64,000 nucleotides of DNA, taken from positions 12,650,001-12,714,000 of the forward strand of contig CM059433.1 in assembly GCA_030390025.1 (NCBI GenBank), given 5' to 3'. Source of the DNA: Squalus acanthias. Lineage: Eukaryota. Positions 25,570 to 37,926 of the stretch are shown piece by piece. How positions within the stretch are numbered: the first letter of the stretch is position 1; every line of letters begins with the position of its first letter. Below the pieces are notes generated by a model. The model was given only the letters and a program-made list of their open reading frames with translations. It made no database searches and was not told where the DNA came from. A program made the translations under genes and the position numbers.

Positions 25570-26450
25570 TTGAGGCCGTTGGGAAATGGATGTCATGCTG
25601 AACTTCTTTGTCTTGGTTTCCATGGAAGAATCCACTGACTTTCTCTTGGAAGTAAGGGTTTATTTTCCAGGAAATGAGGAAGAAATATTAAGGACAATTG
25701 TAATTAATGATAAGGAAGTGATGGAAATGTTGAAGGCTTTGAAAAAGGAAAAAGGACTTCGATGGCCAGCACACAAGAGTACTTAAGGAAATGGCTGGCG
25801 GATTCCTCTGGCGGTGGTCTTTAGGAAATCATCACAATCAGGAGTTGTACCAAAGTATTGGACACAGGAAAATATAGCATTTATCTCTTAAAAAAGGACA
25901 AATGGACTGCCCTTGAAATTACAGGCTGGTAATGTTGACATTAATTGTGGATAAAACGTTAGAGGCTATCCTGAAGAATGGTGTTGTGAATTACCTTGAG
26001 AATTATGAAGTTATCAAGGCAAGTCAAGGTGGCTTTATGGAGAAACGATCCTACTTGTTAAATCTGTTAGAATTCTTTCAGGAACTGTTTGAGTTTGTGG
26101 ATAAAGGGAAATCAGTTGACATTTTTTCACCCAGACTTTACTACAGTACCACATGAGAGGTTGTCCAATAAGGTAGAAAAGCCTTATGGAATAGGTGGGC
26201 AGTTATTGAAGTAGATTGGCAACTGGCTGCATCAAAGGCGACAGAGTGCGGTCATACCAGGAGCCGTATCAGAGTGACTATGGACTGCCCTAAGGATCAA
26301 AGCTGGAATCTTTGCTGTTCATATTGCTTATCAATACTGTCAAAATTTGTTGATGATACCAAGGTGGAGGGCATTGTAATTCATCAAGAACAGGCAGATC
26401 AGGTGCAGAAGAGTCTAGATAGATTGGAAAGTGGGGTCAGCAAGTGCCAA
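25570..26450 (+). mobile_element. Old degenerate CR1 RT fragment
   Basis: SQGGF..SYLLNLLEFF..VDKGKSVD and SKFVDDTKV motifs. Confidence 0.7.
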
Positions 26451-27694
26451 TTTGATTGCCCAGGGAAGCAGAATTAGCAGTGGGCCTCTAAATTTCACCG
26501 GCCTTCTGGTGTTGCACTTCTACTGCAGCTTCGGGACCCAGACATGCGACATTCTGGCGTGCGTTGCCAGTATCAATGGGGCCTTGTAAGGGGTGGAACC
26601 TTTGGCTACCTTTTACAAGGGCACCATTGTCAGAGGGGGTGGGACTAGAGGAAGGGAATGCCTCTGCTGGGGATTCCCACATCTACAGCCTCACAGGGAT
26701 CTATTGTCACCTCAAAGGCTGGTCGGCCAAGTGAGAAGAGGCCTCCTGAAGAGTGCACGTGGGCCCCACCGGATGAATAGTGAGATCCAGGTGCGGATCC
26801 ATTAGATTCGGGTACAGACTAGGCACATTCCCACAAGGGGGAAAGGATGGCCATCCAAAGCCAGCGCTCTCTGAACGACTAAAGATATAGAGATTAAAAC
26901 GAAACAGAAAAAGGAGGCTTATGATCAATGTCAGGTTCATGATACAGCAGAGAACCAAGCTGAATACAAAAAGTACAGAGGAGAACTGACAAAGGAAATA
27001 AGAGGGGCACAGAGAGTGCACGGGAATAGATTAGCGGGTAGCATTAAAGGGAACCCAAAAGACTTCTATAAACATAAAAATAGTAAAAAGGTAGTCAAAT
27101 GAAAGGTGGGGCCAATTAGAGACCAAAAAGGAGATCTTCTTGTGGAGACAGAGGGAATTGATGAGGCACTAAATAAATACTTGCCATCTGTCTTCATTAA
27201 ATAAGAGGATGCTGTGAATGTCACAGTAAAGGAGGAGGTAGTAGAGAAATTGGATTGGATAAAAATAGATAAAGAGGAGGTGCTTAAAAGGTTGGCAGCG
27301 CTCAAAGTAGAAAAATCATCCGGTCCGGATGGGATGCATCCTGGGCTGCTGAGGAAAGTAAGGGTGGAGATAGCAGAGACTCTGGCTATAATCTTCCAAT
27401 CCTCCTTAGATATGGGATTGGTGCCAGAGGACCGCAGGATTGCAAATGTTACACCCCTGTTCAAAAGAGGGAAGAGGAATAAACCCGGCAACTACAGGCC
27501 AGTCAGCCTGACAGCACTGGTGGGGAAACATTTAGGGACAATAATCCGGGACAAAATTAATTGCCGTTTGGAAAAATATGGTTTGACTAACTTGATTGAG
27601 TTCTTTGATGAAGTAACGGAGAGGGTTGATGAGGGTAGTGCGGTTGATGTTGTGTATATGGACTTTCAAAAGCCATTTGATAAAGTACCGCATA

Positions 27695-27920
27695 AAGTAC
27701 ACACCATTCTAACTTGGAAATATATCGCCGATCCTTCATCATCGCTGGGTCAAAATCCTGGAACTCCCTCCTAACAGCACTGTGGGAGTACCTTCACAAC
27801 ACGGACTGCAGCGGTTCAAGAAGGCGGCTCACCACCACCTTCTCAAGGGCAATTAGGGATGGGCAATAAATGCTGGCCTTGCCAGCGACGCCCACATCCC
27901 AGGAACGAATATAAAAAAAA
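27695..27920 (+). mobile_element. 3' tail of a second LINE family (same as 32745-33462)
   Basis: ctggaactccctcc..cagcggttcaagaaggcggctcaccaccacc..aataaatgctggcc followed by poly(A). Confidence 0.8.
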
Positions 27921-28454
27921 ATAACTTGTTAGCAAAATTGAAGCCGAAAGAATTAAAGGTGCAGTAACTCCGTGGATACAAAATTGGTTAAGCGACAGAC
28001 AGCAGAGTGCAGTGGTGAACAGTTGTTTTTCAGACTGGAGGGAAGTGTGCAGTGATGTCCTCCAGGTGTCAGTGTTGGGACCACTGCTCTTTTTGGTATA
28101 TATTAACGACCTGGACTTGAGTATACAGGGCATAATTTCAAAGCTTGCAGATGATACAAAATTCAAAAATGTAGTGAACAGTGAGGAGGATAGTAACAGA
28201 CTTCAGGAGGAAATAGACAGACTGGTGAAATGGGCAGTCACATGGCAGCTGAAATTTAACCCAGAGAAGTGTGAAGTGATTCATTTTGGGAGGAAGAATG
28301 AGGTGAGGCAATTAGAACTAAACGGTACAATTTTAAAGGGGGTGCAGGAACAGAGAGACCTGGGGGTGGACGTACACAGATCTTTGAAGGTGGACAAGTT
28401 CATAAGGCTGTTAAAAAGGCAAACGGGTTCCTTGGCTTTATAAATAGAGGCATT

Positions 28455-29252
28455 GGCCCTGATAGTTACTGGGGTGGGATTTCCAAGTGGGGGTGTGGCG
28501 TTCTGGTCCACCAAACGCCGTAGAGTTTTAACTCCACAGCGTGCTTTTTTTTTGAACAGTTTCCCTGCCCAGAAGCCAGCTTGATTGACAGGCTTGGCTC
28601 GCTGTCGGGCGGGAAACGCTCCAGAGGAGAGTGCAGCCCAGGAGCAGGTAGGTTTCCTGCTGCTCTGGCTGGAGATTCCGGGCGGGGGGAGGGATGGGTA
28701 CAGTTTGGAGAGTTGGGGGGGGTGGGGGTTATCGCAGTGGGTCGGAGAGAGATCGGAAGCAGAGTCGGGGGGTCAGGGGGATCAGTGATCGGAGGGGGGG
28801 GCGTGTCAGTGACTGTGTTTAGGTTCAATCGTGGGAGAGGGGGGTCGGAGGTCGCGGAGAGCGGGAATTGGATGCTTGCGGGGGGGAGGTCGGTGAGAAG
28901 CACTCCTGCTCCTGCTGGTCTACAAGCAGTGCTGGAAAAGCACTTACCTCTTCCATGCAGCAGTCCTTGCTTCCCTTTAGCTGCTGATTATCCCAAGGGA
29001 CGGGAAACCCGGTCAGCTAGTGTAAAAGTGGAAGTGAGATAAAATCTGAGGAACGCAGCCTCATTAAAATATTTAAATGAGCGACCCAGCTCCTGGGAGC
29101 GGGTTAGTCGCCCACCCCCAACCCCCAGTCCCGCCTCTGTTAAAACTGGAAGTGGGTGGGTTCGAGGCGGGTTGGGTTTGGATTTGAGATTTTTTACATT
29201 TTAACATCCCACCCGACACAAATTTTTTTTGGGGGGGTTTAAAATTACCCCC
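28455..29252. mobile_element. MITE family C inserted in CR1
   Basis: Splits the CR1 sequence agaggc|atagagtac. Ends are GGCCCTGAT / AAAATTACCCCC, flanks ATT/ATA. Confidence 0.75.
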
Positions 29253-29619
29253 ATAGAGTACAAAAGCAAGGAAGTTATGGTAAACCTTTATAAAACACAG
29301 GATATGACCCAGCTAGTGTATTGTGTTCAATTCTGAGCATCATACTTTAGGAAGGATGTCAAGACCTTGGAGAAGGTGCAGAGAAGATTTACTAGAATGG
29401 CACCAGGGATGCAAGACTTCAGTTACGTGGAGAGACTAGAGAAGCTGGTGTTTGTTCTCTTTAGAGCGGAGAAGATTATAGGGAGATTTAATGGAGGTGT
29501 TCAAAATCAGCAGGGGTTTTAATATAATACATAAGGAGGCCCCATAATTACTTGGGACCATGAAGAGAGTGGGCAGGAGGATTTTTGGACGGGAAAGCCA
29601 GAAGTATGGATTTACCGGA

Positions 29620-30045
29620 CATCCTGTTGATTTGGAGATCGGAAGGGTGAGCACTCGGGATTTGCAGGGGAGTGTGGGATATTGGAGATCGGGGCTGAGC
29701 ACTCAGAGTTCGCAAGGGGAGTAGGGGAGTCGGAGATCGCGGGGGAGTGACGGGAGTCTGAGATCGTGGGGGGCTGGTAAGCATGAGCTATCAGAGATCG
29801 CACAGGGGTGGGGGGAGTCGGAGATCGGGGGTGAGCACTCAGAGTTCGTGGGGGAGTGGGGGGAGTCTGAGATCGAAGGGGGTTGGGGGGAGTCGAAGGT
29901 CGTGGGGGTTGGGGGGGGAGTCTGAGATTGCGGTGGGGTGGGGGATTCTGAGATCGTGGGGGGTGAGCACTTGGAGATCTCGGGGTTGGGGGAGTCGGAG
30001 ATCGCGGTGGGGGAGTCGGAGATTGTGGGGGGAGTTGGGGGAGTC
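29620..30045. repeat. Degenerate G-rich minisatellite (GGGGAGTCGGAGATCG-like units)
   Basis: Many imperfect ggagtc(g/t)gagatcg units separated by G runs. Confidence 0.8.
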
Positions 30046-30185
30046 ACTCATAATTACAATCATTTCAGGTCACATTTCAGGCCCATAAAGCATCAAAGTA
30101 GAGGTTCAAGCATATGTGGGCTGGAGATAGCCAATAGGTTGCATGGAAAAATCTGTCCTCTTAGTGTCCTTGTCTAGTAAGGAAG

Positions 30186-30540
30186 AAAAGAACAAATTTT
30201 GCATTAATATGCTGCCTTACAAAGTCCTCATGATGTCTTCAAGCACTTTGCAACCAATACATAACTGTTGAAGTGCAGTCACTGCTATTATGTAGGCAAA
30301 TGCAGCAGCTAATTTCACACAGTAAGATCCCGCAAAAGCAAATGAAATGCATAACCAGATAATATGGTGATGCTGGGTCAGGGAGGAATCTTGTCAAGGA
30401 CATTCAACGAACTCCCTGTTCTTCTCCAAAGTTATGCAATGGGCTATTTTATGTCCACCTAAAAGGTAATCAGGACCTTGGTTTAATGGTTCATCCAAAA
30501 GATAGCATCTCTCGCAATGCAGAATTCCCCCAGTGCTGTA
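30186..30540 (-). mobile_element. Diverged DeuSINE
   Basis: tgaagtgcagtcactg..gcagcagctaattt..tgtccacct..ggtttaa..tcatccaaaaga, colinear with the 6530 copy. Confidence 0.7.
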
Positions 30541-30654
30541 CCATATTAACGATAGGTTTCCTTCAGAGACCTAGATTGGTGGGAAAGGAAACTGCCGTTG
30601 ATCTATTAGTTTCGTTTTAATTTAAGGTACCGAAAACTCAAATTACTGCAGGGG

Positions 30655-30985
30655 TTACTCCTCTGGTGGCTCAGCAGGTCACTGTGCATGTAGTGTGGCA
30701 CTGGGCCACACAGACCAGGTAGGTCCTAGATTCAGCCCCTGATCTGTACTGAACATGCAGATCGCAGCTAAGGCAAGGATGGTGGCACAGCAATTAATAT
30801 GGCTGCCCCAGGCTGGAAAGGATAAAAATCACCCAAGGGTCAAACTCTTGGTCGCTATCCAATGGTCCCTGTGACAGTTAGTTCAGGACAGGATTGCCTG
30901 CCAAAAGTTTAGTATTTATAGCTCATACACAAAGGAGTTGGACAAAGTACTGGAAGATTGCATCAGTTTGAGTCACCATCTCCAG
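30655..30985 (+). mobile_element. Old tRNA-derived SINE; related copies at about 7500-7690(-), 40200-40365(+), 44520-44870(-) and 57870-58140(-)
   Basis: ggtggctcag A-box-like head followed by a shared cagaccagg..cctg(a/g)tctgt core. Confidence 0.45.
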
Positions 30986-31273
30986 GGCAGTAGCGTAGAT
31001 AAAATGGAAAACAAAATGGAGAGATTTTTGGCAGCAGCTCATTTAAGTTCAGTTAAGGAGGTACCAATAAGCCAAAAAGTTAGGGGCTATGATCACTGAA
31101 CAGACTTTTGAGAAAGGAGAAGTTAAAATTGTTCGGCCAGACAGCTAGCTGGCTGTAATAGAACTAAAGGATGCTTACATTCATGTAGTAGTTTGGCCAT
31201 GGCGCAGGAAATCCTTGAGGCTGAGAGAACCACCAATCGAAGGCACTTGTATAATACTGTAATGTGAATTATT

Positions 31274-32015
31274 GGCCCGTATTTTCCGATCCGAGGCTTC
31301 CTGCGTGCGGAGGCCTCCGACCTGGAAAAAATCTATGGACTTACCTCAGGGCTTCCGATCCTGGGCCTCTCCAAACTCGAAATGCGCAGAGGCCCAGGTA
31401 TCCCAGGGGCGCAAGCGGTTCACAAGCGTCCCTGGGATCACGTGGGCCATGGGGAGCCAATCAAAGAAGGGAATCTCCCTTCATACACTTGACAGACAGA
31501 CCTGTCAAATATATGAATGGAGATCACCCCAGAAACACAGTAAAACATTAAATAATTTTTTTTTAAATCACATTTTTAAAATGAGTTGAAATTACAATAA
31601 ATTAAATATTTTAAACAAAATTAAATTTTTTGAAAAATATAATTAAAGTTTTTTACGGGGCTAAAAATAAACGTACCCTTTTTTAAAGTATTTTTAAATG
31701 ATAAATGAGTGAAAACATTTTTTTCAAACTTTTTTTCAACTCTTATGCTGTTAAAAGCAGGCCTTACACTGGTTTTACCAGGCGTAAGATTTCTAAGTGA
31801 TTTCAGCGGGCGGAGGTTCTGCAGAAAGCGGAACTCTCCCCCCGCAGAGGCCCTTCTCCAGAGCAGGCGTCCAATCTGTCAAGAGCATTCTCGACAGATC
31901 GGAAATGCCGGTCTTCAGCGCGTGCGCTGTGGCATGCCTGAAACCGGCATTTCCGATGTCCCGACGGGTGTGTACACAGCCCGCACACACCCGTAGGCAT
32001 CGGAAAGTACGGCCC
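31274..32015. mobile_element. MITE family A copy 2
   Basis: GGCCCGTATTTTCCGAT / ATCGGAAAGTACGGCCC ends, ATT TSD, and high similarity to 12066. Confidence 0.88.
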
Positions 32016-32744
32016 ATTGTGTTTCTGTCTCTGGAATCAGAAGCCAACTCTGGGGAAGTGCCTTGCTACAGTGTGGGAGGAGAGAGTTACATGGCTGCCA
32101 CTCACCATCATCATTGTAACGAATAGCTTACAGGGACTGCATCTCTAATGTTTCTCCCTGCTGGTAATCTAAAATTACTCATTTGGTGTAGGGGAAGCTA
32201 GTTCATTTGAAGAACAAAGACTATCCTAGAAAAGTAAGCATTCTTTTACACACAGAACGATTAAATCAGAATCAGAGATTGTATTGCAGTGCATAATACT
32301 GCAGCTGCGGTGTACAAATGTGGATTAACAGTTGCTTAATTTTGAAAATGAATTCTACCCAGCAATGAATTATTCCATCACATAACTGTTAGCACTGAAG
32401 CAAACGTTATTTCACTGTTACAGAAATATGCCTTTCAGTGATTGGTATGCAGACAACCAGTGTGAGGTTATGTAGTTCAGCTGGTAACCTTTGACACATG
32501 GAGAATGTAAGGCTGCATGTAATGTGTTGTTTTTTTTCCCCCCACTTACTTGGCAGACGTGCTTTGCATGGATGTAGAACAATGCACATAAGGTGCATTT
32601 AAAATGAGTAAAAGAAAAAATAATTTTGTTAGTGCAAAACTACCTCGGTCTGCTTATTTTATGTTTATAGAAGTAAATTGTCTGGGACTCAGTAGCAATA
32701 TCTGCATGCACATGTTTCAATTCTTTATAATACAATTCCTTGTG

Positions 32745-33462
32745 TACGCCCCTTGACATTCAACGGCATTACCATCGCCTGAATCACCCACCATCAACAT
32801 CCTGGGGGTCACCATTGAAACTTAACTGGACCAGCCACAAAAATACTGTGGCAACAAGAGCAGGTCAGAGGCTAGGTATTCTGCAGCTAGTGTCTCACCT
32901 CCTGACTCCCAAAGCCTTTCCACTATCTACAAGGCACAAGTAAGGAATGTGATGGAATACTCTCCACTTGCCTGGATGAGTGCAGCTCCAACAACACTCC
33001 AGAAGCTCGACACCATCCAGGACAAAGCAGCCTGCTTGATTGGCACCCCATCCACCACCTTAAACATTCACTCCCTCCACCACCGGCGTACCATGGCTGC
33101 AGTGTGTACCATCTACAAGATGCACTGCAGCAACTCGCCAAGGCTCCTTCGGCAGCACCTCCCAAACCCGCGACCTCTTCCACCTAGAAGGACAAGGGCA
33201 GCAGACGCATGGGAACACCACCACCTCCAAGCTCCCCTCCAAGTCACACATCATCCTGACTTGGAAGTATATCGGCCGTTCCTTCATCGTCGCTGGGTCA
33301 AAATCCTGGAACTCCCTCCCTAACAGCACTGTGGGAGTACCTTCACCACACGGACTGCAGCGGTCCAGAAGGTGGCTCACCACCACCTTCTCGAGGGCAA
33401 CTAGGGATGGGCAATAAATGCTGGCCTCGCCAGCGATGCCAGATCCCATGAACGAATAAAAA
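32745..33462 (+). mobile_element. Non-LTR retrotransposon 3' fragment (clade uncertain, possibly RTE-X-like)
   Basis: ORF 32949-33323 MEYSPLAWMSAAPTTLQKLDTIQDKAACLI (RT C-terminus), then AATAAA and an A tail. Confidence 0.8.
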
Positions 33463-34659
33463 ATAATGTCAAGTCTGTTGACTATGCTGTGGCTGTCAAG
33501 TCATTGATCAATTTACATCTTCCTCACTAGTTAAGCATTTACTTCTGTGTTTTTCTTCTGCATGATTTCATCTTTCACCAATCATATTATAAAAATTTCT
33601 CTTCCCAATTTCAATTTTCTCCCCAATCACACTCCACAAAAATTTTCCTCCCCAATTACTTTCCTATAAAAGAAATCCTCCCGAGATGTAGCTGTCATGA
33701 CAGCTGCTCACCCACACCAGTGTATATCACTAAAAGTAACATTTATCACGTAACAAAGACATTAAAACATTTACAAAAAAAACTTATCTACAAACTAGCT
33801 TCAACAATTTTTACTTCCTCACCCTGCTGGGTGCCTGAACATCCTGGATAAACCACCCCCGTCTGCTTCACGGTCTCCACCTGTCCGAGCTGAGTGCCGA
33901 TATTCAGAGGCTGAAGTAAGCTCGCCAATGTAAACAAACAGAATGCACATGCACAAGCGTACTTGTCCAAGTTAAGGACTTCAGTTCCCAGGTTCCACCA
34001 CTCAGAACTCCCGACGATTGTGGTCCAGCTGGTGGACAAAAAGAGAAAGCAGGAAACAAATAATGAGAGTGAGGTGTGAATATGGTGAGTGATAAAAGTG
34101 ATGGCTGGCAGCGAGAAACCTCACCGGGTTTTTTCTGTCCTGTTTTTTAATTTAATTAAGGAAGTGTCTGAGAGGGAAGGAGAGCAGCAGAAAGTTAGAC
34201 AGGCTGAGAAGGTGAGCAAAGACAGGGACTGAACATGCAGAATGAGAGGGATTAGAGAACAGATAGAGACTAAAGAGAGAGAAAATATTACAGCAAGTGC
34301 AGAAAGAGAGCTATGATGAGATGCCTTGAGAAAAAGAGAGAGCTTAGAACAGAAACTGTAGAGAGAGGGGGATGAAGAGTGGGGTGGGGAGGGGGGCGGT
34401 GGTGGGGGAAAGAAGATAGTATTGAAAAAGCGGGGGTGGGGAATCAAGAACAGAAAAAAAGGCCCGGGTGAAAAGGGATAAAGTGTTACAGAAACTGTAG
34501 AGAGACAGAAAGATAGTGAAACAAACACCCAGAAAACGAGGAAAGAAAATATTTCAGTAACTGTACCAATAGAGAAAGAAGAAAGGAGAAAAAATATAGA
34601 AACCAGTTAGAATGTAGAAATCAGAGATATTTTCTTATTGATCTGTCATATGAATGATG

Positions 34660-35690
34660 CTGGCATGGCCTCATTTATTGGCCTTCTGAGTTGCCCTGAG
34701 AAGGTGGTGGGCCTCTTCTTCAACTAGTGCAGTTCTTCTGGAATAGTTACTCCTACTGAGGGTAAGGTGTTGCAGGATTTTGACAATGAAGGAACTCCAA
34801 TATATATCCAAGTCAGGGTGGTTTGTGACTTTGCGGGGAGCTTATTGGCAGGAAAAGACCAGCTGGTCTGCAAAGCCTGCCCCACACCATGATGTCCACC
34901 GTGACTTCTTCCCACCGCCTACCCATCCCTGCAGCCATGTATTCTCCTGGGAGAGGCAAAAAACCCAGGGCCAATAAGGGAAAAAATACACTGGAAAATT
35001 TCTCTCTGACCCCCCTCAAGCAATCGAAACCAGTCCAGGAGATCACACGGACCAGCTGTTATCTACAAAGACAATGACCTTTTATATGATGTGATCTCTG
35101 CCCCAGTCAAGAACCGGTTTTAGAGGTGATGCTGTTTCTATGACATTGCTGCTGTTCTCTTTCTTGGTCACAGAGGTCACAGGGCTGGGAAGTGCTCTTG
35201 TAGCAAACTCGGTGAGTTTCCGCAGTGCAGATAGTACCTACGTTAGCCACCGTGCACTGATGGTGGAAGGAATATTCAGTCGAACAGCACAAGCATGATC
35301 AAGTGGACCGCTCTGTTCTGCGCGGTGAACTTCTTGAGTATTGTTGCAGCTGCCCCTATCCAGGCGAAAGGAGAGTATTCCGCACACTCCCAACTTTAGC
35401 CTTGTAGATGAGCCTTTGAGTAGTGAGGAGGTGAGCCATTCATTGCAGAATACCCAGACTTGCTCTTGTAGCCATGGTGTTGATATGGCTGCTCTGGTTA
35501 ATCTTTTGATCAGTGGTGACACCAAGATGTTGATGGTGGGACACTGGGCGATGCTAGTGCCGTTGAATGTCATGAAGAGGTGCTTGGGCTTCTTATTGGT
35601 CGACGTGGTCACTGCTTGCTACATATGTAACGCGGATATCAGCCCAAGCGAGGATATTACCCAGATCCTGCTGTAGGCTGGCATGATGCC
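34660..35690 (-). mobile_element. Older copy of the same LINE family, with a CR1-like tail inserted at about 34855-35110
   Basis: Colinear with the reverse complement of 32745-33462. Confidence 0.65.
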
Positions 35691-36029
35691 AAGCCAAGTA
35701 TGTAGATTTCAGGAGAATGGGAAGTCTGAGGGAGGTAGGAGCTCTGCCGTTCTAAGATTCGGGAAATGAATGAGTTAGAATAAGAGATGGCACAGTAAGC
35801 CTTTATTTGAACACAGTGAGGTTGCAGAGATGCAGAAGAGTGTGACGTATTTGGAGCTCAAGAGGAAGAAGAGAAGTCCAGAGAAGTCCAACGGCCATAG
35901 CTGCATAATAAAATCGAGAAAAACAAGAAATGTTGCGAGAGTGAAAGGTTGGAGGTCAGATGTGAGAGAAGTATCATCTATCACATAACAAGAGAGGTGG
36001 TAAAAAAAAAAGTCTCCCTAGATGCAGAG

Positions 36030-36248
36030 TGACATGAATCTGTCATTCATGACTTATGAAATAATACTGAGTGGCCTGTGGGTGGCGCTGTCCAGGGAGA
36101 GTATAAATACTCGGGCACGGGCCCAGCTTGCGCAGGACATTCTTAACAGGAACTAGTGAAGGACACAACTGGACCTCCATGTTGTAAAACAGTTGATTAA
36201 AGCTTTGTTTAACGCTTAGACCAAGTGCCGAGTAGTTTTCTTACATCA
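36030..36248 (+). mobile_element. Solo LTR (219 bp)
   Basis: TG...CA termini, 5-bp TSD CAGAG (36025-29, 36249-53), internal TATAAATA and ATTAAA. Confidence 0.7.
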
Positions 36249-36253
36249 CAGAG

Positions 36254-37875
36254 GTCATAGGGGATTCGATAGAGGGACAGACAGGCGTTTCTGCAACCTC
36301 CAACATGAGTCTTGTATGGTGTGTTGCCTCCCTGGTGCCAGGGTAAAGGGCATCACTGAACAGGTGGGGGAAGGGGAACAGCCAGAAGTCATGGTCCATG
36401 TTGGAATTGGAACCAATGGCCAAAAGGGTTGAGGTCCTGCAGACAGAGTTTCAGGAGCTAAGGAGGAAGTTAAAGAGCAGGATCTCTGGATTACTCCCAC
36501 TGCCACGCGTTAGTGAGTATAAGAGCAGTAAGATAAGACACGTGGCTGGAGAAATGGTGCAGGAGAGGAGGCTTCAGATTCCTGGGGCATTGGGACCAGA
36601 TGGACGGGTTGCAACCCTGGGCTGGGACCAACAAGGCAGACTTAGATTGGATTAGAGTGCATGTATGTAAATGCATGGAGTGTGGTAAATAAGGCTGGTG
36701 CACTGCAGGGACAAATAGTCACATGGGATTATGATACAGCGGCAATAACGGAGACCTGGCTCAAACAGAGAGTCATGATGATTGATTGTGTTTTAAAGTA
36801 ATGTGCAGTGGTGTAAAGTGTAAGTTGTTGTAATTGTAGATACACGTTGTTGTTGTTGTGGTGGTGGTGTCCCCCAGGGGTCAGTATTGCAACCACTGCT
36901 CATTTTGATATATATTAATGACATGGAATTGGGTATACAGGGCATAATTTCAAAGTTTGCAGATGATACGAACCTCGGAAATGTAGTAAACAGTGAGGAG
37001 GATAGTAACAGACCTCCGGAGGACGTAGTCAGACTGATGAAATGGGCAGACACATGGCAGATGAAATTAATGCAGAGAAGTGTGAAGTGATTCATTTTGT
37101 TGGGAATAATGAGGCGAGGCAATATAAACAAAATGGTACAATTTTAAAGGGGGTGCAGAAACAGAGAGACCTGGGGGTGGATGTACACAAGACATTGAAG
37201 GTGGCAGGACAAGTTGAGAAGGCTGCTAAAAAGGCATACGGGATCCTTGGCTTTATTAATAGAGGCATAGAGTACAAAAGCAAGGAAATTATGATAAACC
37301 TTTATAAAACACTGGTTAGGCCCCAGCTGGAGTATTGTGTCCAATTCTGGACACCACACTTTAGGAAGGATGTCAAGGCCTTGGAGAGGGTGCAGAGGGA
37401 GATTTACTAGAATGGTACCATGGTTAAAAGACTTCAGTTACGTGGAGAAACTAGAGAAACTGGGCTTGTGCTCCTTATAGCAGCAGAGGGTAATGGGGAG
37501 ATTTGATGGAGGTGTTCAAAATCATGAGGGGTTTTGATAGAGTAAATAAGGAGAAACTGTTTCCAGTGGCAGAAGGGTCGGTAACCAGAGGTCAGAGATT
37601 TAAGGTAATTGGCAGAAGAACTAGAGGCGATAGGAGGAAAAGAAAATGATGCAGCGAGATGTTATGATCTGGAATGCACTGCCTGAAAGGGTGGTGGGGG
37701 CGGATTCAATAATAACTTCAAAAGGGACTTGGATAAATACTCAAAGTGGAAAAAATTGCAGGGCTTTGGGGAAAGAGCAGGGGAGTGGGATTCATTAGAT
37801 AGCTCCTTCAAAGAGCTGGCCCAGGCACAATGGGCTGAATGGCCTCCTTCTGTGTTGTATCATTCTATGGTTCTA
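36254..37875 (+). mobile_element. Deleted/degenerate CR1 LINE (ORF1 remnant, RT, 3' tail)
   Basis: FADDT and RPQLEYCVQFWTP motifs. The tail is gggctgaatggcctccttctg..attctatggttctat. Confidence 0.85.
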
Positions 37876-37926
37876 TATAAGAACTTTCATATTTCCAAGG
37901 CACACACCTCTTTCTTCAAAGTCCAA

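Larger units (their letters stand above)
26803..29535 (+). mobile_element. 5'-truncated CR1 LINE interrupted by a LINE tail and MITE C
   Basis: ORFs 27214-27774 and 28012-28443 (LADDTK). CR1 sequence resumes after both insertions. Confidence 0.88.

Noticed and set aside
34121..34528. Hydrophobic 135-aa minus-strand ORF
   Set aside because: It is the translation of a purine-rich low-complexity tract.
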